Below are positions 9,224-17,510 of a stretch of DNA of 64,000 bases, piece after piece; the first letter of the stretch is position 1; every line of letters begins with the position of its first letter. The stretch covers positions 7,198 to 71,197 of the forward strand of contig CAYWSG010000006.1 in assembly GCA_964461055.1 (NCBI GenBank), in the 5' to 3' direction. Source of the DNA: an uncultured Enterobacteriaceae bacterium. Its GTDB lineage: Bacteria > Pseudomonadota > Gammaproteobacteria > Burkholderiales > SG8-39. The position numbers were made by a program, and so were the translations under genes. The notes below the pieces were generated by a model. The model saw only the letters and a program-made list of their open reading frames with translations, was not told the DNA's origin and did not search any database.

Positions 9224-10179
9224 TTCACCGAGATCTTGCGTTCCTTCACCACTTTCGCCCAGAGGGCGGTCTCCTCCTTGAGCTCGCGCGCGAGCTCGTC
9301 CGGGGTGTTCCCCACCGGGGCGAGGCCCTGGGCATAGAAGCGGGCTTTCATCCTCGTGTCCTCGAGCGCCTTCTTGGTGTCGAGGTATACCTTGCGGATG
9401 ATGTCTTGCGGCGTGCCCGACGGAGCGACGATGCCGAACCAGCCGGCGTTCTCGAAGCCCGGGACGGTGTCGGCGATCGCCGGCACGCCCGGAAGCTGCG
9501 GCGCCGGCGTCTTGCTCGTCACGCCGAGCGCCCGCAGGCGACCCGAGTTGATGTGCCCGATGGCGGCCGCCACGTTGCCGAGGAAGAAGTGCGTCTCTCC
9601 GCCGACGTGCGCGGCGAGGCCCGGCCCCTCGCCCTTGTACGGCACCGCGATGGCGTCGATCTTCGCCTGCCAGACGAAGTTCTCGGCGGCAAGGTGCGTC
9701 TGGGAACCGATCCCGGCGTGGCCGAAGGTAAGCTTGCCCGGCTCCTTCTTCGCCGCGTCGATGAGCTCCTTGACCGACTTGAAGGGAGAAGAAGCCGGCA
9801 CCGTCAGCACCTGCGGCCCGGACACCACCTTGGTCACCGGCACGAAGTCCTTCTCCGGGTTGTAGTTCAGCTTGGCGTAGATGTGCTGGTTCGCGGTGAC
9901 CACCGACCCCGACGGGAAGAACAGCGTATAGCCGTCCGGCGTCGCGCGCGCCGCCTCGGCGGCGCCCAGTCCGCCACCCGCGCCGGCGCGATTCTCGATG
10001 ATGACCTGCTGGCCCCAGATCTGGGTGAGCTGCTCGCCGAGCAGGCGGGCCGAGATATCGGTCGCGCCGCCGGGCGAGAACGGAACAATGAAGCGAACCG
10101 GCCTTTGCGGCCAGTTCTGCGCGGAAGCGTGCAGCGCGACGAGCGCGAACGCCAGGAATGCGACCAGCTTGCGTGCCAT
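9220..10179 (-). CDS. Bug-family (TctC-like) tripartite tricarboxylate transporter substrate-binding protein
   Basis: ORF trimmed to MARKLVAF. Signal peptide, PFSPGGATD motif, and strong GGAGGAGG Shine-Dalgarno. No tctA/tctB adjacent. Confidence 0.9.
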   Translation of the reverse strand: MARKLVAFLAFALVALHASAQNWPQRPVRFIVPFSPGGATDISARLLGEQLTQIWGQQVIIENRAGAGGGLGAAEAARATPDGYTLFFPSGSVVTANQHIYAKLNYNPEKDFVPVTKVVSGPQVLTVPASSPFKSVKELIDAAKKEPGKLTFGHAGIGSQTHLAAENFVWQAKIDAIAVPYKGEGPGLAAHVGGETHFFLGNVAAAIGHINSGRLRALGVTSKTPAPQLPGVPAIADTVPGFENAGWFGIVAPSGTPQDIIRKVYLDTKKALEDTRMKARFYAQGLAPVGNTPDELARELKEETALWAKVVKERKISVK

Positions 10180-10318
10180 TTCGAGCCTCCTCCTCGTTTG
10201 GACATGCGAAAACCCGGACAATACACTAGAGATTGCACAGATGCGGCCAGCCGGATGATTCCGACGCCCGCCCCGGGGGCGGGCGTCTCTTGGGGCGGCT
10301 GACTATTATAGGGACACA

Positions 10319-11695
10319 ATGAAAAAGCCCAATCTGCTGGTCATCCTCATCGACGATCTGCGCTACGACGAATTCGGCGCGGGCGGCCATCCGTACATGA
10401 GGACGCCGCACATCGACCGCCTGGCCCACGAGGGCGCGCTCTTCGAGCGCGCCTTTCACACGACGCCCATCTGCTCGCCGAACCGGGCGTCGATCATGAC
10501 GGGGCAGTACGCCAGCCGCCACGGCATCATCGACAACGTCGCGCGCGACGCCATGAGCCACCGGCTCGACAACTACCACCTCGTGCTCCAGAAGCTCGGC
10601 TACGAGACCGCGCACATCGGCAAGTGGCACATGGGCAACGACAGCCGGCCGCGACCCGGGTACGACCACTGGATCTCGTTCGACGGCCACGGCCGGCTCG
10701 AGAACCCCAGGCTGAACGTCAACGGCCGGTACGTGAAGCGCCGGGGCTACATGACCGACCTTCTGAACGATTTCGCCGTCGAGTATCTCGAGCGCCGGCG
10801 CCGCAAGCCGTTCTCCCTCTTCTTCGCGCACAAGGCAGTCCATCCGGACGCGGAGCAGGCGGCCGACGGAACGCTCGACCTGGTGGGCTACGTGCCCGCC
10901 CGGCGGCATAGGAATCTGTACAAGGGATGCGTCTTTCCGCCGCTGCCCAACATGCTGCCGCCCGCGAAGGTGGTGAAGCAGAAGCCGGCCTGGGCCGAAG
11001 CGTTCAAGCTCAAGCAGTCGGGCAGGTCGCGGGCGCTGCTCGAGCCGATCCATGCCGGCCAGCAGGAGGAGATCCGCCTGCGCGCGGCGATGATGGCCTC
11101 GGTCGACGAAGGGGTCGGCCGGATCCTCGAGGTGCTCGAGCGGCGCGGCGAGCTCGACAATACGGCGATTCTCTTCCTGGGCGACAACGGCTACTTCTTC
11201 GGCGAGCATGGCCTGGGACCCGAGCGCCGGTTCGCCTACGAGGCGGGCATCCGCGCTCCGTTCGTTCTGCGCTTTCCGCCGCTCGTGAAGCCGGGCACGC
11301 GCCTCAAGGACCTGGTCATCTGCCAGGACATCGCTCCCACCTTCATCGAGCTTGCCGGCGGCACGCCCGGGCCCCAGATCCAGGGTCGCTCGCTCCTGCC
11401 CCTTCTCTCCCGCGGCAGAAGGCGCGGCTGGCGCAAGTCCATTCTCGTGGAGTACTGGGCCGAGCAGGCGATGCCCTGGCTCGTCGGCATGACGTACAAG
11501 GCGGTGCGCACCGATCGCTACAAGTACATCCATTGGGTCAACCGCGGCCGGGCGGGCGAGCTCGACGAGCTGTACGACCTCGCGACCGATCCGTACGAGA
11601 TGAAGAACCTCGCGGCGAGCGGCCGCCACGCCGCCGTCCGGTCTCGCATGGTTCGCGAGCTGAGGCGCCTCGTCGCCGAGGCTGCCGCGCTCTAG
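10319..11695 (+). CDS. Cys-type sulfatase (arylsulfatase family), no signal peptide
   Basis: 458 aa. Starts directly at the conserved core LLVILIDDLRYD. Formylglycine motif CSPNRASIMTGQY, and GKWHMG. Confidence 0.9.
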   Translation: MKKPNLLVILIDDLRYDEFGAGGHPYMRTPHIDRLAHEGALFERAFHTTPICSPNRASIMTGQYASRHGIIDNVARDAMSHRLDNYHLVLQKLGYETAHIGKWHMGNDSRPRPGYDHWISFDGHGRLENPRLNVNGRYVKRRGYMTDLLNDFAVEYLERRRRKPFSLFFAHKAVHPDAEQAADGTLDLVGYVPARRHRNLYKGCVFPPLPNMLPPAKVVKQKPAWAEAFKLKQSGRSRALLEPIHAGQQEEIRLRAAMMASVDEGVGRILEVLERRGELDNTAILFLGDNGYFFGEHGLGPERRFAYEAGIRAPFVLRFPPLVKPGTRLKDLVICQDIAPTFIELAGGTPGPQIQGRSLLPLLSRGRRRGWRKSILVEYWAEQAMPWLVGMTYKAVRTDRYKYIHWVNRGRAGELDELYDLATDPYEMKNLAASGRHAAVRSRMVRELRRLVAEAAAL

Positions 11696-11731
11696 CGGCG
11701 TCCCCGACCGGCGCGTCCCTGACCAGACGCG

Positions 11732-12064
11732 CTAGAGAGCGAGCGCGAAGGCGAGCCCGACGCCGAGCGTGAGCGCCACCGCGCTCGCCGCCAGGCCCTT
11801 CTGCCAGTCACGCCAGGGAAGGAGCTCGAGCGCGAGGACGCGCAGGCCGCAGCCCAGGTGGGCGGCGAGCGCCGTGACGATCGCCCATTCGGAAGCCTTG
11901 ACGAGCGGCTGGTCGGTCCACGAGAGGAACGCATCCAGGCCGCCCGCTTCGAGCGCCTGGCCAAGCGCCCAGAAGTGGAGCGGCAGGAATGCCGCCAGCG
12001 CCACGCCGGAGACGCGGTGCACCACGGCCACCCAGTAGGAAGAAGTCCTTTTCGCGGAAGCCAT
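11732..12064 (-). CDS. SDH/FRD-type membrane anchor subunit (cytochrome b-like, SdhC-like)
   Basis: ORF 11732-12172 trimmed to MASAKRTSSYW, 110 aa. Three hydrophobic helices with conserved His (VVHRVSG, LPLHFW). Starts 5 nt after the preceding anchor gene. Confidence 0.65.
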   Translation of the reverse strand: MASAKRTSSYWVAVVHRVSGVALAAFLPLHFWALGQALEAGGLDAFLSWTDQPLVKASEWAIVTALAAHLGCGLRVLALELLPWRDWQKGLAASAVALTLGVGLAFALAL

Positions 12065-12069
12065 CTTCC

Positions 12070-12408
12070 TCACCCGAACACCGCCATGGCGGCGCGAAGC
12101 CCCATGGCGGCCATCATCGCGCCGAACAGGAACACGAAGACCCCGCGCGAGCGACCACGCCAGCCGAGCCACTCCCCGAGCACGCTGCGAAGGCCGATCG
12201 GTGCGTGGACCGCGGCGGCGAGCACGAAGAGCGAGTAGAAGGCGAGCCAGGCGCCGTTCCCGCGCGTGCGGGCGAGGATCTCGGCCGCGCTCAGGCCGCC
12301 CTGCACCGCGTGGACGATCGTGGCGAGATGGACGACGACGCAGAAGGCGAGCACTACGGCGCTCGCGCGCTGCGCGATCCAGAGCCAGGTTTCGATCCTC
12401 GCTCTCAC
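12070..12408 (-). CDS. SDH/FRD-type membrane anchor subunit (SdhD-like)
   Basis: Tail of ORF 12070-12969. GTG start at 12408 overlaps the FeS-subunit stop (GTGA). 112 aa with three hydrophobic helices and His residues (VVVHLATIVHA, AAVHAPIG). Confidence 0.6.
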   Translation of the reverse strand: MRARIETWLWIAQRASAVVLAFCVVVHLATIVHAVQGGLSAAEILARTRGNGAWLAFYSLFVLAAAVHAPIGLRSVLGEWLGWRGRSRGVFVFLFGAMMAAMGLRAAMAVFG

Positions 12409-13124
12409 AGCTCGCCTTTCATCGCCGCCCTGAGGACGGCCCGCTTGAGCCCGGAGATACCGGCCGTGGGCGCAATGTGCTTCGGGCAGCGCGCGGTGCA
12501 GCTGAGATGGGTGTGGCAGGCGTGGCAGCCGGCATCGCCGGCGACCGCGCGCAGTCGCTCGGCCTTCCCCGCGTCCCGCTCGTCGCAGACGAGCGTCCAT
12601 GCGCGGTTGAGCGCGGCCGGGCCCAGATAAGCGGGGTTCCAGGAGACGACCTCGCACGAGCTGTAGCACACGGCGCAGCCGATGCACTCGATGCCGGCAT
12701 CGGCGCGCACGCGATCGGGAGAATCGGGCCGGACCGCCTCGAAATCGTCCGCTCTGGTGCGCCGGCCGGTGAACGAGCCCCTGGCCGCGGCCCACTTGTC
12801 GAAGAACTCGCGCATGTCGGTGACCAGGTCCCGGATCACCGGCAGGTTGCGCAGCGGCGCGACGGAGAGCGCGCCGCCTTCCGAAACCTTGTCCACGTGG
12901 GTGCGACAGGTCCAGCGCGCCACGCCGTTCACCGTCATGGCGCAGGAGCCGCACATGCCGACGCGGCACGCGAAGCGGTACGCGAGCGTCGGGTCGAGGC
13001 TGCGCTGGATGTAGGTCACGACGTCCAGCACCGTCTGGCTCGGATGGCGCGGAACCTCGAACGACTGGAAGGCGCCGTCCGCGCCGCCGCGCCAGACTCT
13101 TACGTCGAGGACGTCCCGTTCCAA
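12405..13124 (-). CDS. succinate dehydrogenase/fumarate reductase iron-sulfur subunit (SdhB/FrdB-like)
   Basis: 239 aa with a TTG start. 2Fe-2S CRVGMCGSCAMTVNG, 4Fe-4S CIGCAVCYSSC, third cluster CHACHTHLSCTARCP. Confidence 0.9.
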   Translation of the reverse strand: MERDVLDVRVWRGGADGAFQSFEVPRHPSQTVLDVVTYIQRSLDPTLAYRFACRVGMCGSCAMTVNGVARWTCRTHVDKVSEGGALSVAPLRNLPVIRDLVTDMREFFDKWAAARGSFTGRRTRADDFEAVRPDSPDRVRADAGIECIGCAVCYSSCEVVSWNPAYLGPAALNRAWTLVCDERDAGKAERLRAVAGDAGCHACHTHLSCTARCPKHIAPTAGISGLKRAVLRAAMKGEL

Positions 13125-13137
13125 GAGCGGCGGGACG

Positions 13138-14307
13138 TCAGGCGCTTTCGTAGAGCCGCGTCAGGACGAACTCCCGGTGCCCGAGCGCCTCGGCCGAGGT
13201 CAGCCGCCCGTTGGCGGTGCGGAACATGCACTCGAGGAGCTTGTCGCCCGCCTGGTCGGGCGTGAGCTCCTTCCGGAGGAGGCCGGTGACGTCGACGTCG
13301 ATGTGCTCGGACATGGTGCGCACCGTGCGCGGGTTCGCGCATAGCTTGATTACGGGCAGGATCGGGTTGCCGATCACGTTGCCCTGGCCGGTGGGGAAGA
13401 AATGCACCACGAAGCCGGCCGCGGCGCACAGCGTCACCATCTCCGCCGCTGCCGAGGACGAGTCCATGAACCAAAGGCCCGGCCCGGTGGGCGTCTCGGC
13501 CTTGTCGAGCACGCCGTCGACCATGCACTTGCGGCCGATCTTCTGGATGTTGCCGAGCGCCTTCTCCTCGATGGTAGTGAGGCCGCCCTCGATGTTGCCC
13601 TTGGTCGGCTGCGAGTCCATGAGGTCGCTCGTCTTGTGCCGCTCGACCACCTGCTGGTAGCGGTCGAACATGAACTGGAACTTCTTGCGCACCTCGTCGT
13701 TGCGGCAGCGCGCCGCCACGAGGTGCTCGCCGCCGGTGAGCTCGGTGGTCTCGCCGAAAACCAGCGTCACGCCGTGCGGATACAGCTTGTCGAAGGCGTT
13801 GCCCACGGTGGGGTTCGCGCCGCAGCCGGAGGTGGTGTCGGACTCCCCGCACTTGGTCGACACCCACAGGTCCTTGAGCGGCCGCTCCTCGCGCTTCAGC
13901 TCGCTCGCCCACTGCACGAATTCCTTCGCCGCCTTGGACGCGCGCATGATCGTGTCGTGGTCGCCGTGCTGCTCGATGCCGAAGTGCGCGACCGGTTTGC
14001 CGGTGGCGCGGATGCCGTCGGCGACCTTCTTCGCCCACTGCTCCTCGATGCAGATCACCACCACCGCGGCGACGTTGGGGTTCGACCCGGTGCCGATCAG
14101 GGTGCGGAAGTGCAGATCGAGGTCGGCACCGAACTGCAGCCGCCCGTACGGGTGCGGCAGCGCGAGCGTGCCCTTGATGTTGTGCTCCACCGCCTGGCAG
14201 GCGGCATTGGACAGATCGTCGACGGGCAGGATCACCACGTGGTTGCGCACGCCGATGCGCCCGTTTTCCCGACGATAGCCCCAGAACGTTGCTTTGGCGA
14301 GATCCAT
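13138..14307 (-). CDS. UxaA-family dehydratase/lyase large subunit (GD_AH_C domain; SuyB-like, candidate sulfolactate sulfo-lyase beta)
   Basis: About 389 aa. ATG at 14307 lies 2 nt after the small-subunit stop; alternative GTG at 14316. Motifs [17 protein letters not shown] and [16 protein letters not shown]. Confidence 0.8.
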   Translation of the reverse strand: MDLAKATFWGYRRENGRIGVRNHVVILPVDDLSNAACQAVEHNIKGTLALPHPYGRLQFGADLDLHFRTLIGTGSNPNVAAVVVICIEEQWAKKVADGIRATGKPVAHFGIEQHGDHDTIMRASKAAKEFVQWASELKREERPLKDLWVSTKCGESDTTSGCGANPTVGNAFDKLYPHGVTLVFGETTELTGGEHLVAARCRNDEVRKKFQFMFDRYQQVVERHKTSDLMDSQPTKGNIEGGLTTIEEKALGNIQKIGRKCMVDGVLDKAETPTGPGLWFMDSSSAAAEMVTLCAAAGFVVHFFPTGQGNVIGNPILPVIKLCANPRTVRTMSEHIDVDVTGLLRKELTPDQAGDKLLECMFRTANGRLTSAEALGHREFVLTRLYESA

Positions 14308-14309
14308 CG

Positions 14310-14591
14310 TTACCACCGCTTGGTTTTGACGTTGTGGACGTGCAGGTGCTCGCCCTTGGCAATGGGCGCGACCACCTTGCCGATGTCCACGCCGTACTTG
14401 ATCACCGTGTCGCCCGGCTTGTAGTCGCGCAGCGCCACCTTGTGACCGATCGGGATATCGCTCTTCGCCTTCACTTCGACATCCTTGTCGTCTTCCATGA
14501 TCCAGCCGCTCAGCGACTGTCCGGCCTTGACGCCTTCCACGACGACGACGCCGACGCCATCGCCTTCTTCATGCACTACGAAATGAATCAT
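14310..14591 (-). CDS. SAF-domain small subunit of split UxaA-family enzyme (SuyA-like)
   Basis: Last 93 codons of ORF 14310-16001, starting [13 protein letters not shown] motif [22 protein letters not shown]. The upstream part of that ORF is antisense to phoD. Confidence 0.75.
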   Translation of the reverse strand: MIHFVVHEEGDGVGVVVVEGVKAGQSLSGWIMEDDKDVEVKAKSDIPIGHKVALRDYKPGDTVIKYGVDIGKVVAPIAKGEHLHVHNVKTKRW

Positions 14592-14636
14592 TGCGCGCTC
14601 CGCGAAGCTCCTCCGGGAAGCGGCTATTCTAGTCGC

Positions 14637-16172
14637 ATGGCCAGCCGCCGAAGCTTTCTGCAGGGTCTTGCCGCGCTCGCTGTTTCGAGCCCGCTCGCGG
14701 AGCCTCGCGCGCAGGGCGCGGCCGAACCGCCCGCTGACCCGTTCGGGCTCGGCATCGCTTCCGGATACCCCGGGCCGCGCGGCGTCGTCCTTTGGACTCG
14801 CCTCGTCGGCGCCGTCAGCGCCTCGCCCGTTACCGTTCGCTGGGAAGTGGCCGCGGACGAAGGCATGCGGCGCGTCGTCGCCGGAGGCGAGACCGTGGCC
14901 GAGCCGCAATGGGCGCATTCGGTCCATGTCGAAGTGGACGGGCTCCAGCCCGACCGCTGGTACTGGTACCGGTTTCGCACCCGGGAAGCCGAAAGTGCGA
15001 TCGGGCGCACGAGGACGGCGCCCGCGCCCGGCACGCCGGCGGCGCGGCTTCGCTTCGCCGTCGCGGCGTGCCAGCAATACGAGCACGGCTACTACGCCGC
15101 CTACCGGCACATGGCGGCGGACGCGCCCGACCTCGTCGTCTTCCTGGGCGACTACATCTACGAGGCGACGTGGGGGCGGGAGCTCCTTCGCAGCCACGGG
15201 GCGCCGGAGGCGTTCACGCTCGCGGACTATCGGGCGCGGTACGCGCTCTACAAGAGCGACCCCGATTTGCAGGCCATGCATGCCGCCTGTCCCTGGATCG
15301 TCACGTGGGACGACCATGAAGTGGTGAACGACTACGCGGCCGACCGCGGATCCGCCTTCGTCGAGCCCGCCGAGTTCTTCCTTCGCCGCGCCGCCGCCTA
15401 CCAGGCGTTCTACGAGCACATGCCGCTGCCGGCGCGCATGCGACCGAGCCGGGGCGCGCTGCCGCTGCACTGCGCGCTCGACTGGGGAACGCTCGCCCGG
15501 TTCTGCATGCTCGACGATCGACAGTACCGCGCGCAGCACGCCTGCCCGCAGCCCCGCCGGCGCGGCGGCGGCTCCACGCGCGTCGACGTCGAGGCCTGCC
15601 CGGACCTTGCGGCGCCCGAGCGCTCGCTGCTCGGCTGGCCGCAGGAGCGCTGGCTCGAGGGCGTGCTTGCCGCCTCGCCGGCGCATTGGAACGTGCTGGC
15701 GCAGCAGACCCGCATGGCACAGTGGGATCAGCGGCCCGGGAGCGGCCGCAATGCATGGACCGACGGCTGGGACGGCTATCCGGCCGCGCGCCGGCGGCTG
15801 CTCGAGCTTCTTGGCGAGGGACGTGCGCGCAATCCGGTTGTCCTGGGCGGCGACATCCATGCGTTCCACGTCGCCGAGCTGAAGCCCGACTTCGACGACC
15901 CGGCGTCGGCGGCGGTCGCCGCCGAGTTCGTCACGACCTCGATCAGCTCCTACGGACCTTCGTACGAGCGCCTGCAAGCAGCGCTTCCCGAGAATCCTCA
16001 CGTGCTGCTCGCCGACGGACGATATCGCGGGTACCTGCGGGTGGATCTCGTTCCGGGGCTATGGCGCGCCGACCTTCGCGCGATGGATCACGTGAGAAGC
16101 CGCGACGCCCCATGCCGGACGCTCGCTTCCTATGTTCTCGAAGACGCCCGCCCAAGACCGCAGCGGCTCTAG
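14637..16172 (+). CDS. phoD: alkaline phosphatase D family protein (PhoD), Tat-exported
   Basis: ORF 14289-16172 trimmed to MASRRSFLQGLAALA (twin-arginine signal). Motifs GDYIYE, WDDHEVVNDY, GDIHAF. Confidence 0.9.
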   Translation: MASRRSFLQGLAALAVSSPLAEPRAQGAAEPPADPFGLGIASGYPGPRGVVLWTRLVGAVSASPVTVRWEVAADEGMRRVVAGGETVAEPQWAHSVHVEVDGLQPDRWYWYRFRTREAESAIGRTRTAPAPGTPAARLRFAVAACQQYEHGYYAAYRHMAADAPDLVVFLGDYIYEATWGRELLRSHGAPEAFTLADYRARYALYKSDPDLQAMHAACPWIVTWDDHEVVNDYAADRGSAFVEPAEFFLRRAAAYQAFYEHMPLPARMRPSRGALPLHCALDWGTLARFCMLDDRQYRAQHACPQPRRRGGGSTRVDVEACPDLAAPERSLLGWPQERWLEGVLAASPAHWNVLAQQTRMAQWDQRPGSGRNAWTDGWDGYPAARRRLLELLGEGRARNPVVLGGDIHAFHVAELKPDFDDPASAAVAAEFVTTSISSYGPSYERLQAALPENPHVLLADGRYRGYLRVDLVPGLWRADLRAMDHVRSRDAPCRTLASYVLEDARPRPQRL

Positions 16173-16180
16173 AGAGCGCT

Positions 16181-16558
16181 CTATTTACAGCGCAGGTTGC
16201 CCGCCGAGAAATCGATGGGCTGCGTGCAGTCCTGCTCGGCGATGCGCCGCTCGGGCGCCATTTCGGGAACCGGGGTGGTATTGCCCGGCACGAGGTCCGA
16301 CAGGCGCGGGGCGGGATGCTCTTCGCGCGCATGCTCCACCATGCCGGCAAGAAGCGCGATGGCTACGAGGACGGTGGCGAGACCGCTGCCGCCATGCGCG
16401 TGCACGCTGACGGAGCCTCCGGAGACGACGCTGCTGCTCGCGGCGCTACGCGCCCCGGTGCTCACCGCGACCTGCGAGGACGCACAGGCCGAAACGCAGA
16501 CGAGCGCGACCACCGAGACTGTCGCTATCGCAGCCGAGGCGAAAGAGGGTAGCCGCAT
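16181..16558 (-). CDS. hypothetical small lipoprotein
   Basis: ORF trimmed to MRLPSFASAAIATVSVVALVCVSAC (lipobox-like VSAC). Has a second hydrophobic segment and a C-terminal Cys pair. No family recognised. Confidence 0.45.
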   Translation of the reverse strand: MRLPSFASAAIATVSVVALVCVSACASSQVAVSTGARSAASSSVVSGGSVSVHAHGGSGLATVLVAIALLAGMVEHAREEHPAPRLSDLVPGNTTPVPEMAPERRIAEQDCTQPIDFSAGNLRCK

Positions 16559-16574
16559 CGGGCCATTGTAGTCT

Positions 16575-17510
16575 TCAGCTACAGGCGCGCGCGAGGCGAT
16601 CGCGCACCGCGGCCCACTCCGGCGCATCGGGCGGCGCCTCGACGAGGATCTGCCGGCAGCCCGAGCCGTCCAGCTCGCGGAGCGCGGCGTAAAGCCTGCG
16701 CGCGTACCCGGCCGGGTCGCGCGGCATGCGCAACCAGAAGTCCACGCGCTCGTCCGGGCGCGAAAAGGCGAGCACGCCCACCCCCTCGCCCAGCCGGGCG
16801 ATCTCGCGGTCGAGCTCGTGCGTCGGCACGAGCCGCGCCGGCGTGCGGGGCGCGTAGTGGCGCTCGAGGCCGCCGGAGTGGCGCGGCGCGCCCTCGCCTT
16901 TCGGCCTGACCGCCGCCTGCAGCGCGTGCTCGATGGCTTCGCGCGTCACCGCGCCTGGCCGCAAGATCGCGGGCGAGGCGCCGGTCACGTCGACGATCGT
17001 GGATTCGATGCCGACCTCGCTCGGCCCGCCCTCGAGCACGAGATCCACGTCCGCGCCGAGATCCGCGCGCACGTGCGCGGCGGTGGTCGGGGAGATGCGG
17101 CCGAAGCGGTTCGCCGACGGCGCCGCAACGCCGCCGCCGAACGCTTCGAGCAAGGCATGGGCAACCGGATGCGACGGAACGCGCAGGCCCACGGACGATT
17201 GCCCTCCCGTCACCCAATCGCCCGCCTTTTCGGATCTTTTCACGATCAACGTCAGCGGACCGGGCCAGAACGCCCGCGCAAGCGCCCTTGCCTCGGGCGG
17301 AACTTCCGCCGCCCACGCGAATGCCGCGTCCGCGTCGGCGAAGTGGACGATCACCGGATGGCTGCCGGGACGGCCCTTGACCGCGTACAGGCGTGCGACC
17401 GCCTCACGGCTAGAGGCGTCGGCGCCCAGTCCGTAGACCGTCTCGGTAGGGAAGGCGACCAGTCCGCCGGCACGGAGAATCTCCGCGGCCCTGCGGATGT
17501 CGTCGCTCAT
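16575..17510 (-). CDS. tsaC: L-threonylcarbamoyladenylate synthase (Sua5/YwlC/TsaC long form)
   Basis: ORF 16575-17852 trimmed to [12 protein letters not shown]. Motifs [29 protein letters not shown]. Start ATGA-overlaps the purE stop. Confidence 0.9.
   Translation of the reverse strand: MSDDIRRAAEILRAGGLVAFPTETVYGLGADASSREAVARLYAVKGRPGSHPVIVHFADADAAFAWAAEVPPEARALARAFWPGPLTLIVKRSEKAGDWVTGGQSSVGLRVPSHPVAHALLEAFGGGVAAPSANRFGRISPTTAAHVRADLGADVDLVLEGGPSEVGIESTIVDVTGASPAILRPGAVTREAIEHALQAAVRPKGEGAPRHSGGLERHYAPRTPARLVPTHELDREIARLGEGVGVLAFSRPDERVDFWLRMPRDPAGYARRLYAALRELDGSGCRQILVEAPPDAPEWAAVRDRLARACS

Noticed and set aside
11696-11731. Hairpin GCGCGTC-N8-GACGCGC between the convergent sulfatase and anchor genes as an intrinsic terminator
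   Set aside because: The stem is short and there is no U-tract on either strand, so the support is too weak to annotate.
14592-16001. Upstream 470 codons of ORF 14310-16001 (minus strand)
   Set aside because: This part is antisense to the well-supported Tat-signal PhoD gene. Only the last 93 codons (SAF domain, ATG at 14591) look real.
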